In this document: positions 8,679 to 18,321 of the stretch, piece after piece
Layout: every line of letters starts with the position of its first letter
How positions within the stretch are numbered: the stretch's first letter is position 1
Origin: a virus
Taxonomy: Duplodnaviria; Heunggongvirae; Uroviricota; Caudoviricetes
Virus record (IMG/VR): IMGVR_UViG_3300032074_000001
DNA length: 64,000 bases
Direction: 5' to 3' (one strand)
Notes under the pieces: model-generated
What the model was told of the DNA's origin: nothing
Seen by the model: only the letters and a program-made list of their open reading frames with translations
Databases searched by the model: none
Made by a program: the position numbers and the translations under genes

Positions 8679-11600
8679 GTGGCGCTGCCGAACGTCAGCT
8701 CTAATACCCCCAGCACGGGGTTCATCTCTTGGACGGCAGCGTCACTCACCTACGCGGGGAAGGGCTACCCGCTTCAAGCGGGTAGCACCAACAAGCGTTT
8801 CGTCTACTGGGACGGCTCTGCGTCTGTCCCAGGCGTGATCAACGAGGACGGCACCATCACCGGTGGCTCCTCGGCTCTGGTGTACGTCGATGTGCTGCCT
8901 GGTCAAGTGCCCGGTGATGGCACAGCCTGGGCCAAGGAAGACGCCCTGCTATTCCTCAACAAGAGTGGAATCGGCGTCTACGCGCCCAGCACCTCGGTGG
9001 TCGATGGCTCACTGTTGGTCTCAGGCTCGGTCCTGGCCGATGCCATCGGTGCCAACCAGATCACCGCAGGCAAGATCGACGCCAATGCGATCACCACCCG
9101 AGAGATCATGTCGGGCACCATCCAGGGCGACGACATCAAGGCCAACACGATCACTGGTGGCAACATCGTGGCGGGCTCGATCAGCACCAACGCGCTGAGT
9201 GTCGGCAGCTTCGGCGGCAACATGCTGCCGAACCCGTTCTTCGAAGACTGGTACCAGAACGCTGACGGCTCCTGGCCTGCGATGCCCGAGGGCTGGACGC
9301 TCTCCACTGGTACAGGCTTCACGGGTGCGACTGCCACTCGCGAGACTGCCGCCACCATCACTGGCGCTGTTTCCTTGGGCATCACGCCCGCTGCGGGCAA
9401 CTCAGCGGCCTTCTACACCACCGCGATGATTCCAGCCCGTCCAGGCGAAGCCATCGCGTTCCAGGCGTACTACGCAGGCACCGGTACGCAGTCGGTGACT
9501 AACGGTGTCTCCCTGGGCGTGTACTACTTCGACTCCGCTGGGTCGTTGATCACCACGCAGAGCACCAACGGCAACATCACGTCGAACAACAGCATCGACT
9601 ACGTGAGCCACATCGCCACGGCTCCGTCCAACGCGAAGTACCTGAGCCCGGTGGCCTTCGTCAACGCTGGTGTCACCCAGAAGGTGCTCTGGGACGAGCT
9701 GTTCCTCCAGCAGCGTGTGACCACGGCGCAGATCTCTGACGGCGCGATCACCATCGACAAAGTGGACACCAAGTCGCTGAGCGCACTGGTGGTCAAGGCT
9801 GACCAGCTTGCACCCAACAGCACCCTGAGCAGCACCATCAACCTGACTGGCTCTCTAGTGGCTACGGGGGCCAACGGCGCTACCGTCTCCTTCGGCGGTG
9901 ACGGCTTTGAGGTGCTGGGGCCGAAGGACGGTGGCGGCAACCAGCCGATCTACGTGCAGTTCCCGGTGGATGGTCGCCCCAACATCATCGGCGGCACGAT
10001 GAACGCCACCACGCTGGTGGTGGAAGGTGATCCCACCACGGGCTCAGCGGCAACGCTGCGCAAGACCTCGCAGCTGGACCCTGACGCGATGCTCCAGTTG
10101 ACCGACCAGATGCGGCCTCCTGCGGCTGGGCCTTCAACATCTTCCGGGTCCGACACCACCAACCTCTCGGCTGGCGTGGTCGGCAAGATCACTGGTGCGA
10201 CGTACAACCCCACGGGGACCATCGCCTACTTCACCACTGTGGAGACGACGGCCTCTGCCTACGTGACGCGCCTGTACAGCGTCACCTTCACCGCTGGTCG
10301 GGCTACTGCTGCGGCTCTGGTGGGCACGGTGCCGCAGCCCAGCAACGATGGCAAGTGGTACTGCCGGGGCATCACGCTGGTCGGTGGCAACTACTTCTAC
10401 ATCTGGGCCTACATCAACCCGTACGTGGCCTCTGACGCGGTGGTGACAGGAGCCGGGACCAACTCCCAGCAGATCACCGTCCACACCACGACTACTGGGG
10501 CATCGACGGCCTCCTACGTGTTCCCAGCCAACCTGGGCACCAGCGACCTCACGATTGGCAACGACGGCACCGACCTGTGGGTGGGCTTCTCCAAGGTCAC
10601 CAGCGGTACGAGCTTCAACGTCGAGCTGCGTCGATACACCTACACGACTGCCACCAAGGCGTTCGCGCTCGCGCAGACGCTCACCCCGTCTGTGACCTAC
10701 AACGGCGGGACGGGCGCTGTAGGCATGGGGCTGAGCAGCCTGGATGTCGGCAACTTCGACCTGGGCTCGCGACGCCACGTCATCGGCTGGATGCGATCTG
10801 GCTCTCAGGCGGGCTTGGCCGAGATCATGACCGACACCACCGCCAACGCCTCCGAGCAGTTCGGTCTCTACGACCGCTCGGGCGAGAACGCGGTGATGTG
10901 GAAGGGCACCTCTCACAGCGACGCGACTGGTCAGTTCATCTCCATCTCGCGGGACGCCTACCAGCCAGGCAACATCTACGTCAGCTACTACCCGTCCGGC
11001 ACCAAGGGGACCTGGTACGCCTACGCGACCTACTACCAGAACGCTGGCGGTGGGGTAGCAGCCGGTGAGACTACGGTGTCGCCGGTCTCTACGGTGGTGC
11101 TCCAGAACCGCTGGCCGATGACGGTGGCTACGGGCAACCCACCTGCCAACCAGGGCGTCAAGGTCTACATCAGCCAGACGAACAGCTCCACGGCTGCCAA
11201 GCTGCACGTCACCTCGGCCATCAACTCTCCTGCACTGGCCACGATCACCAGCTTCAACTCCGCTGGTGCTGCGCCGCCTGCTGCCTCCACGATGCCTGCG
11301 GTGACGCCTGCGCTCATCTCGTCCTCTCGGACCACTACACGCACGGCCACGTTCCAGACCATCACCGCAGGCTCCGCGACTGCGACCCTGGTCGCTGGAC
11401 AGTCGGGCACCTGGCTTGTGGGCAAGACCTGGCCTGCCAGCGGTTACGTGCCTACGGGCACGAAGATCCTGTCCGTCAGCGGGACCACGGTCACCTTCTC
11501 GGCTGCGGCTACTACCTCGGTCACTGGACCGGTGGGCTTCACCTTCACTGTGCCGCAGCTGGAGGTGCGAGGCGATGGCTTCGCTCGCATCTCCGAGATG

Positions 11601-12764
11601 GACACCCTGCTGATCACCAGCAACACGGACGCGAGCACTGCTTCGGGTAACGCCCCAGCACTGCGAGTCGGTGTGCCTACCGGTGCTCACCTGCGCGTCG
11701 ATGGTGACGAGATCGTTGCCATGCAGAGCGACACCGCACAGGGCACGTTGACCATCAACCCTGGTGGCAGCACCACGCTGACCCACATCAATGGCACCGA
11801 CATGACGCTCTCGGCTGGCGCGTCGATCAACGGCGGTGTCACCGCTGGTGCTTCCAACTTCACCAGCACACTGACCGTCACAAGCGCCACCACGATTAAC
11901 GGGATGCTCTACGCCAACGGTGGCGCGACCGTTGGTGCCAACGGACTGACCTCCACTGGCGCGATCTCCATGAACGGCGGCTTCAACGCCGCCAGTGGCA
12001 CGGTCACCAACGCCTTGTCCGCTGGCAGCTTCACGTCCAACTCCAGCATCTGGTGCAACACCCTGACCGTTCAGAACGCCAGCACGTTCGCCGGGGCCAC
12101 GTTCACGTCGTTGACGATGAACGGCACGGTCACGATGAACGGCAACCACATCGACATGAACAACGGCTACATCGGTAGCTGTTCTGAGGTGTCCAACGGT
12201 CCCGGCGTGGTGAAGTGCAACGTCGCCAATGGTGGCGGCAAGTTCTCCAGTGCTCCCAACATCACCTTCCGTGTTGGTACGGACCCGGCCACGGTGGGCA
12301 CAGGAACTTCGGTCGCCTTCCAGCCCAACCGTGTTGCCATCGGCATCGACAACTACAACGTCTCAGGTGTGCCGACCTCCAACGCCTCGCTCGTCCCGCT
12401 CTGGGCCTCCACGATCAACGCCTTCGCGGCCTACAACAACGCCTCGGACGCACGGCTGAAGGACAACATCGAGGACGTGGACGAAGAGTTCGCCGCCTCC
12501 GTGGTGAGCAGAATCCGAGTCCGCTCCTTCACCATGGACGAGGGACACGACCCTGACCTGGAGGTTCCCGATGAGCGCACCCAGTACGGTGTGATCGCTC
12601 AGGAGACGCTGGACGTTCTCCCCAGCGCCATCCTTGGTAGCGAGGAGAGGATCTACACGGCCTCCTACCAGGACATCTGGGCTCTGGGGCTAAGGACCAC
12701 CCAGCACTTGCTGAAGCGAGTCGCTGAGCTGGAAAGCAAGATCGAGCAGTTAACCGCCCACTGA
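8679..12764 (+). CDS. Tail fibre/tailspike protein with C-terminal intramolecular chaperone (peptidase S74) domain
   Basis: 1361 aa; N-terminus related to fibre paralogs (ISWTAAS..FVYWDGS; ITAGKIDANAITTREI repeats); C-terminus SDARLKDNIEDV...ETLDVLPSAI...LESKIEQL typical of S74 auto-chaperone. Confidence 0.8.
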   Translation: MALPNVSSNTPSTGFISWTAASLTYAGKGYPLQAGSTNKRFVYWDGSASVPGVINEDGTITGGSSALVYVDVLPGQVPGDGTAWAKEDALLFLNKSGIGVYAPSTSVVDGSLLVSGSVLADAIGANQITAGKIDANAITTREIMSGTIQGDDIKANTITGGNIVAGSISTNALSVGSFGGNMLPNPFFEDWYQNADGSWPAMPEGWTLSTGTGFTGATATRETAATITGAVSLGITPAAGNSAAFYTTAMIPARPGEAIAFQAYYAGTGTQSVTNGVSLGVYYFDSAGSLITTQSTNGNITSNNSIDYVSHIATAPSNAKYLSPVAFVNAGVTQKVLWDELFLQQRVTTAQISDGAITIDKVDTKSLSALVVKADQLAPNSTLSSTINLTGSLVATGANGATVSFGGDGFEVLGPKDGGGNQPIYVQFPVDGRPNIIGGTMNATTLVVEGDPTTGSAATLRKTSQLDPDAMLQLTDQMRPPAAGPSTSSGSDTTNLSAGVVGKITGATYNPTGTIAYFTTVETTASAYVTRLYSVTFTAGRATAAALVGTVPQPSNDGKWYCRGITLVGGNYFYIWAYINPYVASDAVVTGAGTNSQQITVHTTTTGASTASYVFPANLGTSDLTIGNDGTDLWVGFSKVTSGTSFNVELRRYTYTTATKAFALAQTLTPSVTYNGGTGAVGMGLSSLDVGNFDLGSRRHVIGWMRSGSQAGLAEIMTDTTANASEQFGLYDRSGENAVMWKGTSHSDATGQFISISRDAYQPGNIYVSYYPSGTKGTWYAYATYYQNAGGGVAAGETTVSPVSTVVLQNRWPMTVATGNPPANQGVKVYISQTNSSTAAKLHVTSAINSPALATITSFNSAGAAPPAASTMPAVTPALISSSRTTTRTATFQTITAGSATATLVAGQSGTWLVGKTWPASGYVPTGTKILSVSGTTVTFSAAATTSVTGPVGFTFTVPQLEVRGDGFARISEMDTLLITSNTDASTASGNAPALRVGVPTGAHLRVDGDEIVAMQSDTAQGTLTINPGGSTTLTHINGTDMTLSAGASINGGVTAGASNFTSTLTVTSATTINGMLYANGGATVGANGLTSTGAISMNGGFNAASGTVTNALSAGSFTSNSSIWCNTLTVQNASTFAGATFTSLTMNGTVTMNGNHIDMNNGYIGSCSEVSNGPGVVKCNVANGGGKFSSAPNITFRVGTDPATVGTGTSVAFQPNRVAIGIDNYNVSGVPTSNASLVPLWASTINAFAAYNNASDARLKDNIEDVDEEFAASVVSRIRVRSFTMDEGHDPDLEVPDERTQYGVIAQETLDVLPSAILGSEERIYTASYQDIWALGLRTTQHLLKRVAELESKIEQLTAH

Positions 12765-12773
12765 GGAGAAGCC

Positions 12774-12959
12774 ATGGACATCAACGAGCTGAAGGTTCAG
12801 CACTACCGCGAGCGCGTCACCGACTACGAGGACCAGATCGCCACGCTGCGTGCCCAGCTCACCCTGGTCACCCAGGAGCGGGACCAGCTGGCTGCTGCCC
12901 AGGAGTCCGAGCCCGAGCCTGAGCCCGCTCCGCAGACTCCGCGTCGTCCTCGCGGCTAG
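12774..12959 (+). CDS. Small coiled-coil protein
   Basis: 61 aa, heptad-like, Pro/Glu tail. Confidence 0.45.
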   Translation: MDINELKVQHYRERVTDYEDQIATLRAQLTLVTQERDQLAAAQESEPEPEPAPQTPRRPRG

Positions 12960-12993
12960 TACGCAATGAGACGATGAACTTGAAGGAGGCGAC

Positions 12994-13320
12994 ATGGCTA
13001 CCACCACCGCATTGCAGGCTCTCCCCGTCCCGGAGGAGACCGACAAGCCCGACCCGCCCGCAGACTTCCTGAAGCTGGCGAACGCCGTTGAGAAGCGCCT
13101 GGCTGCTGTCTACGCCTCGGCTGCTGATCGAGACGCCAAGGTCACTGCGCCTGCGGAGGGTCAGGTCGCGATCCTGAAGGACGTGAACCGGATCTACTGC
13201 TACTTCGACACGGCCTGGACGCAGATCTACCCGCCCACGGGTCTGCCCACCATCACGTCGGGGACCACGGCTCCGAACAACGCCACCGGTGCCAACGGTG
13301 ATGTCTACCTCCAGGTCTGA
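12994..13320 (+). CDS. Hypothetical protein (108 aa)
   Basis: AAGGAGG RBS before ATG 12994. Confidence 0.55.
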   Translation: MATTTALQALPVPEETDKPDPPADFLKLANAVEKRLAAVYASAADRDAKVTAPAEGQVAILKDVNRIYCYFDTAWTQIYPPTGLPTITSGTTAPNNATGANGDVYLQV

Positions 13321-13322
13321 CC

Positions 13323-14396
13323 ATGACTGCCTACATCAAGGCCAACGACAGTTGGGTGGCGGCGAAGCGTCCCTACGTCAAGCGGTCTAACGTCTGGACG
13401 CCCGCTGAGAGCATGTGGGTGAAGCGAAGCGGCGTCTGGACGATGGCGTACGAGTACGACGTGACGCCTTCCTCGCCACCCGAGCTGTCCTTGCAGATCA
13501 TCGACAACCGCTACATCAAGGTCGGTGCGCGGTTGCCAGGCACTCTGGTTGATCCTGACCTGGCCATGATCCGGGTGCTGGCCTCGCGTACGGCGATGCC
13601 CACTACGCAGTTCGGGTCTGGCTACATCTACGACGCCACGAATGGCTACCCAGACGAAGCTTGGTCGGACTGGTACTACAACGGGAGCAACCCGAAGGCC
13701 AAGGCAGCCGATCACGGGGACAACACCGACGAGTTCGACTACAAGTTCTACCCGGTGAACCCGACTGACTCGACCAACCTCCCTGGTGGTCAGTGGTACT
13801 ACTTCGCTGCCTGGTCCCTGGACATGAACGGCAACTGGTCGGTGGGCACCTTCAGCCGGATCTGGATGCCCAAGAACGGCACTCCTGCGGACAAGATCAT
13901 CGTCAAGGAGGGCAACTTCCAGGCCAACGACGCTGGCTCCATCGGCGTCAACGGCGGTGGTTACGCGCCTGGCGACATGGTGATGCGAGACAGCCCCCGA
14001 TCCAACGGCATCTGGATACACGGACCCAAGATCACCGACGCGGTGGGTGAACAGGGACCGCCCACGATCCGCAGCGCCAAGATCAGGGTCACGCGGGGTA
14101 ACGACACGGGCCAGCCCACGGCTAACGTGAGGCTGTTCTGGCACGTCTACGGCAGTGCGGACAAGCTCCCGCTGCCGGACTCTGCGATGAACGACATCAC
14201 CAATCTGGGCACCATCAACAAGGGTGAGACCAAGTGGTTCGACATCCCGGCTTCGTACTACCCGCACTTCAACACCGAGATCAAGGGCTTCGGCCTCGTC
14301 TACGGCATCCAGGCAAGTGACTACCTGGTCGTCTCTGGGCTGGGTACCGATCTGCGCTGTGGTGAGGTGAATGTCGTGTGGGAGGAAGCACTGTAG
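13323..14396 (+). CDS. Hypothetical structural (fibre-associated) protein
   Basis: 357 aa, W/Y/G/N-rich beta-type composition; ATG 13323 adjacent to upstream stop. Confidence 0.55.
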   Translation: MTAYIKANDSWVAAKRPYVKRSNVWTPAESMWVKRSGVWTMAYEYDVTPSSPPELSLQIIDNRYIKVGARLPGTLVDPDLAMIRVLASRTAMPTTQFGSGYIYDATNGYPDEAWSDWYYNGSNPKAKAADHGDNTDEFDYKFYPVNPTDSTNLPGGQWYYFAAWSLDMNGNWSVGTFSRIWMPKNGTPADKIIVKEGNFQANDAGSIGVNGGGYAPGDMVMRDSPRSNGIWIHGPKITDAVGEQGPPTIRSAKIRVTRGNDTGQPTANVRLFWHVYGSADKLPLPDSAMNDITNLGTINKGETKWFDIPASYYPHFNTEIKGFGLVYGIQASDYLVVSGLGTDLRCGEVNVVWEEAL

Positions 14397-14406
14397 AGGG
14401 GGAAAG

Positions 14407-14607
14407 ATGATCAGCGACCGTACCCGCACGGTGATCATTGGCGTTGTCACCACTGTGTGGGCGATCAACTTCCTCGCTGGTCTGGTGGTTCACGGCTACC
14501 ACCCCTCCGAGTCGATCAACGGAATCTTCATGGCCATCGTCGGTGGTCTGTTCGCGCTGGGCGCTAGGTCGGGCGACAAGAAAGACCCGCCGTCTGGGGG
14601 TCAATGA
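14407..14607 (+). CDS. Holin-like small membrane protein (2 TM)
   Basis: MISDRTRTVIIGVVTTVWAINFLAGLVV...IFMAIVGGLFALGA two hydrophobic helices; ATG 14407. Confidence 0.5.
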   Translation: MISDRTRTVIIGVVTTVWAINFLAGLVVHGYHPSESINGIFMAIVGGLFALGARSGDKKDPPSGGQ

Positions 14608-14735
14608 TGTGGCAGTACCTGTTCGAAAGCTGGGTGTGGTCGATAGGCGGTCTAGTAGTGGGCTACTTCCTCGGGCGTACCGAGCGCGAGGTCCGAGAGA
14701 TCAAAGAGAAGGTGGTTGAGGATGACGACTCCTGA
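14604..14735 (+). CDS. Small single-TM protein (43 aa)
   Basis: ATG 14604 overlapping upstream stop; WSIGGLVVGYFLG TM then charged tail. Confidence 0.35.
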   Translation: MMWQYLFESWVWSIGGLVVGYFLGRTEREVREIKEKVVEDDDS

Positions 14736-15141
14736 GCGGCTGAAGCGCCGACAGATCTTCATCGAGATCCTGGTCGGCACGTTCGCCCTGGTTCTCGGGG
14801 TGCTCACCGTCTTCCAGGGCATCCACTTCCAGCATGTCGAGGCAGCCCAGCGTGCCTGCATCGCGGACAACTTCCAGAAGCTCTCCAAGGCGGTCGGCAT
14901 CCGGGCCAAGCTCTCTGAGAAGGAGACCAAGGCTGAGCGTGCGATCTGGGTGGTCTACGGGAAGGCGGCGGGTGCGATCAAGGACCCGAGGCACCCACAC
15001 ATCGATCCCAAGACTCAGGCGCAGCTCAACGTTCAACTCGTCCACGCCTTGCTCAACTACACCAAGGTGAGTTCCAGCATCCAACAGGACCGCAGGGATC
15101 ATCCCGTTCCTCCCTACCCCGTGGGCTCATGCGAGGACTGA
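14722..15141 (+). CDS. N-terminally anchored membrane protein
   Basis: ATG 14722; IFIEILVGTFALVLGVLTVF TM followed by soluble domain. Confidence 0.5.
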   Translation: MTTPERLKRRQIFIEILVGTFALVLGVLTVFQGIHFQHVEAAQRACIADNFQKLSKAVGIRAKLSEKETKAERAIWVVYGKAAGAIKDPRHPHIDPKTQAQLNVQLVHALLNYTKVSSSIQQDRRDHPVPPYPVGSCED

Positions 15142-15494
15142 TCCAGATGTACGCCTTCCTTGTCATCTTCGGGACCGTGCCTTGGTTCCCCCAGGACCAA
15201 GCCAGCACCTTCTTCATCGCCAAGGGCGTGCTGGCTCTGATCTCCACGCTCCTGCTGCTCTTCCACATGAGCATGTCCTGGAGCCGGATAGTGGCTGAGG
15301 GGACGCTCGGACAGCGGATGCGGTACTACACGCTGCTGGCCTTCTCGATCCTGATCACTGGCTCATCCGCTGAGCAGTACCAGGAGGGCGAGCTGGTGAG
15401 CTATCGACACCTGGGCGCGATGGTCGTCACCGTGCTGCTGATCTACTCCATGGTGATCTCGATCCGGGAAGAGCAACGGCGTTACCCGCATTGA
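15129..15494 (+). CDS. Integral membrane protein (about 4 TM)
   Basis: 121 aa with four hydrophobic segments. Confidence 0.55.
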   Translation: MRGLIQMYAFLVIFGTVPWFPQDQASTFFIAKGVLALISTLLLLFHMSMSWSRIVAEGTLGQRMRYYTLLAFSILITGSSAEQYQEGELVSYRHLGAMVVTVLLIYSMVISIREEQRRYPH

Positions 15495-15538
15495 GTGGCT
15501 TCGGGGGTGACACTGGAGGTGGACCCCAAGGAGGATTC

Positions 15539-16105
15539 ATGACCGTCAAGCCGCCCAACCCGCCCTACGTCGGCCCGCCTGCTCACACCACGCAGGGGTC
15601 GAACAAGCCGATCCATCGGATCGTCATCCACTCCACCGTCTCCCCGTGTGTGCCTGGTGGTGCTCGCGCTACCGCCAACTACTTCAAGTCCAAGTCGGCT
15701 GGTGGCTCCGCGCACTACGTGGTGGACCCCAAGGAGACCGTGCAAGTCGCCTACGACTCGGTGATCTGCTGGCACGCTCCCCCGAACGAGAACAGCCTCG
15801 GCATCGAGATGTGCGACATCCCCAGTGAGACCTCTGGTCTGCGCTGGGCCAAGCCGAACCAGCTCCGGATGCTGCATCGGACCGCTCGGCTCACTGCTCG
15901 CCTGTGCGCCGCCTACAACGTGCCGGTTCGGTTCCTGACGGTGAGCGATCTGCTGCACCAGCGGCACGGGATCACCACCCACAACAACGTCTCGCACGCC
16001 TTCCACCAGAGCACCCACTGGGACCCCGGCAAGTGGCCGCAGCGGGCGTTCATGGCCATGGTGCGTACTGAGTACAAGAAGCTCACGAAGGGAGCCAAGC
16101 GATGA
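15539..16105 (+). CDS. N-acetylmuramoyl-L-alanine amidase (amidase_2/PGRP fold) endolysin
   Basis: AAGGAGG 7 nt before ATG 15539; HRIVIHSTVSP...AHYVVDP...ENSLGIEMC...HNNVSHAF..THWDPG zinc-amidase motifs. Confidence 0.8.
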   Translation: MTVKPPNPPYVGPPAHTTQGSNKPIHRIVIHSTVSPCVPGGARATANYFKSKSAGGSAHYVVDPKETVQVAYDSVICWHAPPNENSLGIEMCDIPSETSGLRWAKPNQLRMLHRTARLTARLCAAYNVPVRFLTVSDLLHQRHGITTHNNVSHAFHQSTHWDPGKWPQRAFMAMVRTEYKKLTKGAKR

Positions 16106-16338
16106 TCAAGAGCATCGAGCCGTACTGGAAGGCCGTCGTCGCCTTCATCGCCCCTGGCCTGGTGGTGATCGGCTCTGCCATCACTGCGGGCAGCGATGGG
16201 GGTACAAGGATCACGACGACGGAGTTCGTCTCGGCGCTGATCGCGATGTTCGTGACCAGCGGTGTCGTCTACGCAACACCGAACAAGGACAAGCGGGGCA
16301 GGCACCAGACCGAGAGCGTGCAGCCTCCGACCCTCTGA
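16102..16338 (+). CDS. Holin (2 TM)
   Basis: ATGA overlap with amidase; AVVAFIAPGLVVIGSAI and FVSALIAMFVTSGVVY helices, charged C-terminus. Confidence 0.6.
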   Translation: MIKSIEPYWKAVVAFIAPGLVVIGSAITAGSDGGTRITTTEFVSALIAMFVTSGVVYATPNKDKRGRHQTESVQPPTL

Positions 16339-16351
16339 GGGGAGGTAAGTG

Positions 16352-16456
16352 ATGCGGAACACCAACGAGCGCGGCTACACGACCATGGCGACTGTCCTGG
16401 TCGTCGTCCTGCTGCTTCTGATTCTGCTCGCCGTTCTCGGCGTGCTCGGTCGGTAA
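16352..16456 (+). CDS. Small single-TM protein (34 aa)
   Basis: GGAGG then ATG 16352; MATVLVVVLLLLILLAVLGVLGR; TAA 16454-56. Confidence 0.35.
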   Translation: MRNTNERGYTTMATVLVVVLLLLILLAVLGVLGR

Positions 16457-16459
16457 TCT

Positions 16460-16489
16460 GAGAGGGAGGGTCACTCGGCCCTCCCTCTC
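16460..16489 (+). terminator. Hairpin terminator after lysis cassette
   Basis: GAGAGGGAGGG-tcactcg-CCCTCCCTCTC, perfect 11-bp stem immediately 3' of the last lysis gene. Confidence 0.55.
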
Positions 16490-16511
16490 ACCGCCCCAAG
16501 AGGAGACACAA

Positions 16512-16790
16512 GTGGACACACAGGTACTTGTCGGACGCATCCTGCACGACGATGACACGCCCTACGAGGGCAAGATCATGTTCGTCCCCCGAGACCTGTG
16601 GGTGATGGAGCACGGTATCTGCGTAGCCCGCTTGGCTCCGGTCATCGAGCTAGACGAGGGTCGGTTCGTAGCTGAACTCAGCCTCGGCAAGTACACCGTC
16701 CACACTCCTATCGGCAGCTGGAAGATCCGCGTGCGCAAGTGCGCCACCGTGGACTTCCTCTCCAATCACCTGCCGAGTAGGTACAAGTGA
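16512..16790 (+). CDS. Hypothetical protein upstream of terminase (possible small-terminase position)
   Basis: GTG 16512; 92 aa; GTGA overlap into terminase large subunit. Confidence 0.45.
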   Translation: MDTQVLVGRILHDDDTPYEGKIMFVPRDLWVMEHGICVARLAPVIELDEGRFVAELSLGKYTVHTPIGSWKIRVRKCATVDFLSNHLPSRYK

Positions 16791-18289
16791 CCGTCGCACT
16801 TGCGCGTGGCCCGAAGACCGAGGACGAGCTGTACCACTTGGTACGTGCCCTCTGGGGTCACACTGTGCCTCGGAACAAGGTATGTCCAGATCACGACGCG
16901 CCCTTCGACGCCTTCGCCACTGCCTACTTCTCGCGAGAGCCGCAGATCCTTATCCATGGTTCGCGTGGACTCGCAGGCAAGTCTCGTACGCTCTCTTTGC
17001 TCGGCCTGACCATGGCGACCGTGCTCGGCGGCGACGTGAACATCGTCGGCGGATCACTGAACCAGTCGAACAACATCCACGAGACGATGCGTGACGCCTG
17101 GGAGTCCAAGCACGCGCCCAAGTACATGCTGAAGGACTCCAGCCAGACCATCGTCCGGCTCACCAACGGCGCTGCCATCCGACCGCTGACCGCCTCCCAG
17201 AAGACCGTGCGTGGTCCTCACCCGCCGTTCCTGCTGCTGGACGAGATCGATGAGATGGATCAGGCCATCCTCGACGCGGCCAAGGGCCAGCCGATGCCCC
17301 AGAAGAACTGGAAGGGCGAGATCCTCAACGCCCAGACCGCGATGAGTTCGACCTGGCAGTACCCGGACAAGACCTTCGCATCTGAGTACCAGCGGTTCAA
17401 GGACGAGAACCTGCCGATCTTCACCTGGTGCTACAAGGACACCGCCAACCCCATCGACGGATGGCTGTCCTCGGAGTTCATCGCGCAGAAGAAGCGTGAG
17501 ATCCCGCGTGAGATGTGGCGAGTCGAGTACGACCTTGGTGAGCCCTCCATCGGCAACCGAGCCTTCGACTCCGACAAGGTGGAGGAGACCTTCTCGCTGC
17601 CTGCGCCCACCGAGGAGCAGACCATCAAGGTGGCGCGGGACTTTGAGCAGTACGAGTTCGCTCCCTACCGCGAGGACAAGGAGTACGTGATCGCGGCGGA
17701 CTGGGCCAAGGAGCAGGACTTCACGGTGATCACCGTCTGGGACTGCACCCACCTGCCGATGACCCTGGTCTACTACATGCGGCTGCGGCGGATGCCCTAC
17801 CCGGTGATGATCGGATACTTCAACCGACTGCTCGGCAAGTACAACGCCGAGGCCATCCACGACTCCACCGGTCTGGGCAATGTGGTTCAGGACTACCTGG
17901 ACATCCGGGCGCGGGGCTTCCTGATGACCGGCGTGAAGCGCGACAACATGCTCAGCGAGTACGTGAACGCCGTGGAGTCGGACAAGGTGCGCGCTCCTCG
18001 GATCGAAAGCATGTACAAGGCTCACCTGTACGCCTCGGTGGACGACCTCTACTCTCGTGCCAAGGAGTTCCACCTGCCAGATGAAGTCTGTTCGGCTGCG
18101 CTGGCCTGGCACCTGGTGAACAAGAGGGCGGTTGCTGCGGAGCCGCTGGTGATTGCCAACTCCGATGACCCGAACTGGATGGCTCGGGAGATGGAGACCA
18201 ACCGCAACAACAACCGCAAGAGCCAGTGGGTCATCGGTCAGGTCCAGAAGAAAGAGGACGAGTACGACGAGTTCTCACTCATGGTCTGA
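16787..18289 (+). CDS. Terminase large subunit
   Basis: 500 aa; ATPase Walker B FLLLDEIDEMD, P-loop region GSRGLAGKSRT; nuclease C-terminal half; position before portal. Confidence 0.85.
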   Translation: MTVALARGPKTEDELYHLVRALWGHTVPRNKVCPDHDAPFDAFATAYFSREPQILIHGSRGLAGKSRTLSLLGLTMATVLGGDVNIVGGSLNQSNNIHETMRDAWESKHAPKYMLKDSSQTIVRLTNGAAIRPLTASQKTVRGPHPPFLLLDEIDEMDQAILDAAKGQPMPQKNWKGEILNAQTAMSSTWQYPDKTFASEYQRFKDENLPIFTWCYKDTANPIDGWLSSEFIAQKKREIPREMWRVEYDLGEPSIGNRAFDSDKVEETFSLPAPTEEQTIKVARDFEQYEFAPYREDKEYVIAADWAKEQDFTVITVWDCTHLPMTLVYYMRLRRMPYPVMIGYFNRLLGKYNAEAIHDSTGLGNVVQDYLDIRARGFLMTGVKRDNMLSEYVNAVESDKVRAPRIESMYKAHLYASVDDLYSRAKEFHLPDEVCSAALAWHLVNKRAVAAEPLVIANSDDPNWMAREMETNRNNNRKSQWVIGQVQKKEDEYDEFSLMV

Positions 18290-18321
18290 CGGCGGCTGGC
18301 TAGGAACGGGAGACTATAAGC

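Noticed and set aside
10134-12149. 671-aa ORF on - strand
   Set aside because: Antisense to the tail fibre gene with S74 chaperone domain; Arg/Gly-rich nonsense composition
17054-18112. 352-aa - strand ORF
   Set aside because: Antisense to terminase large subunit
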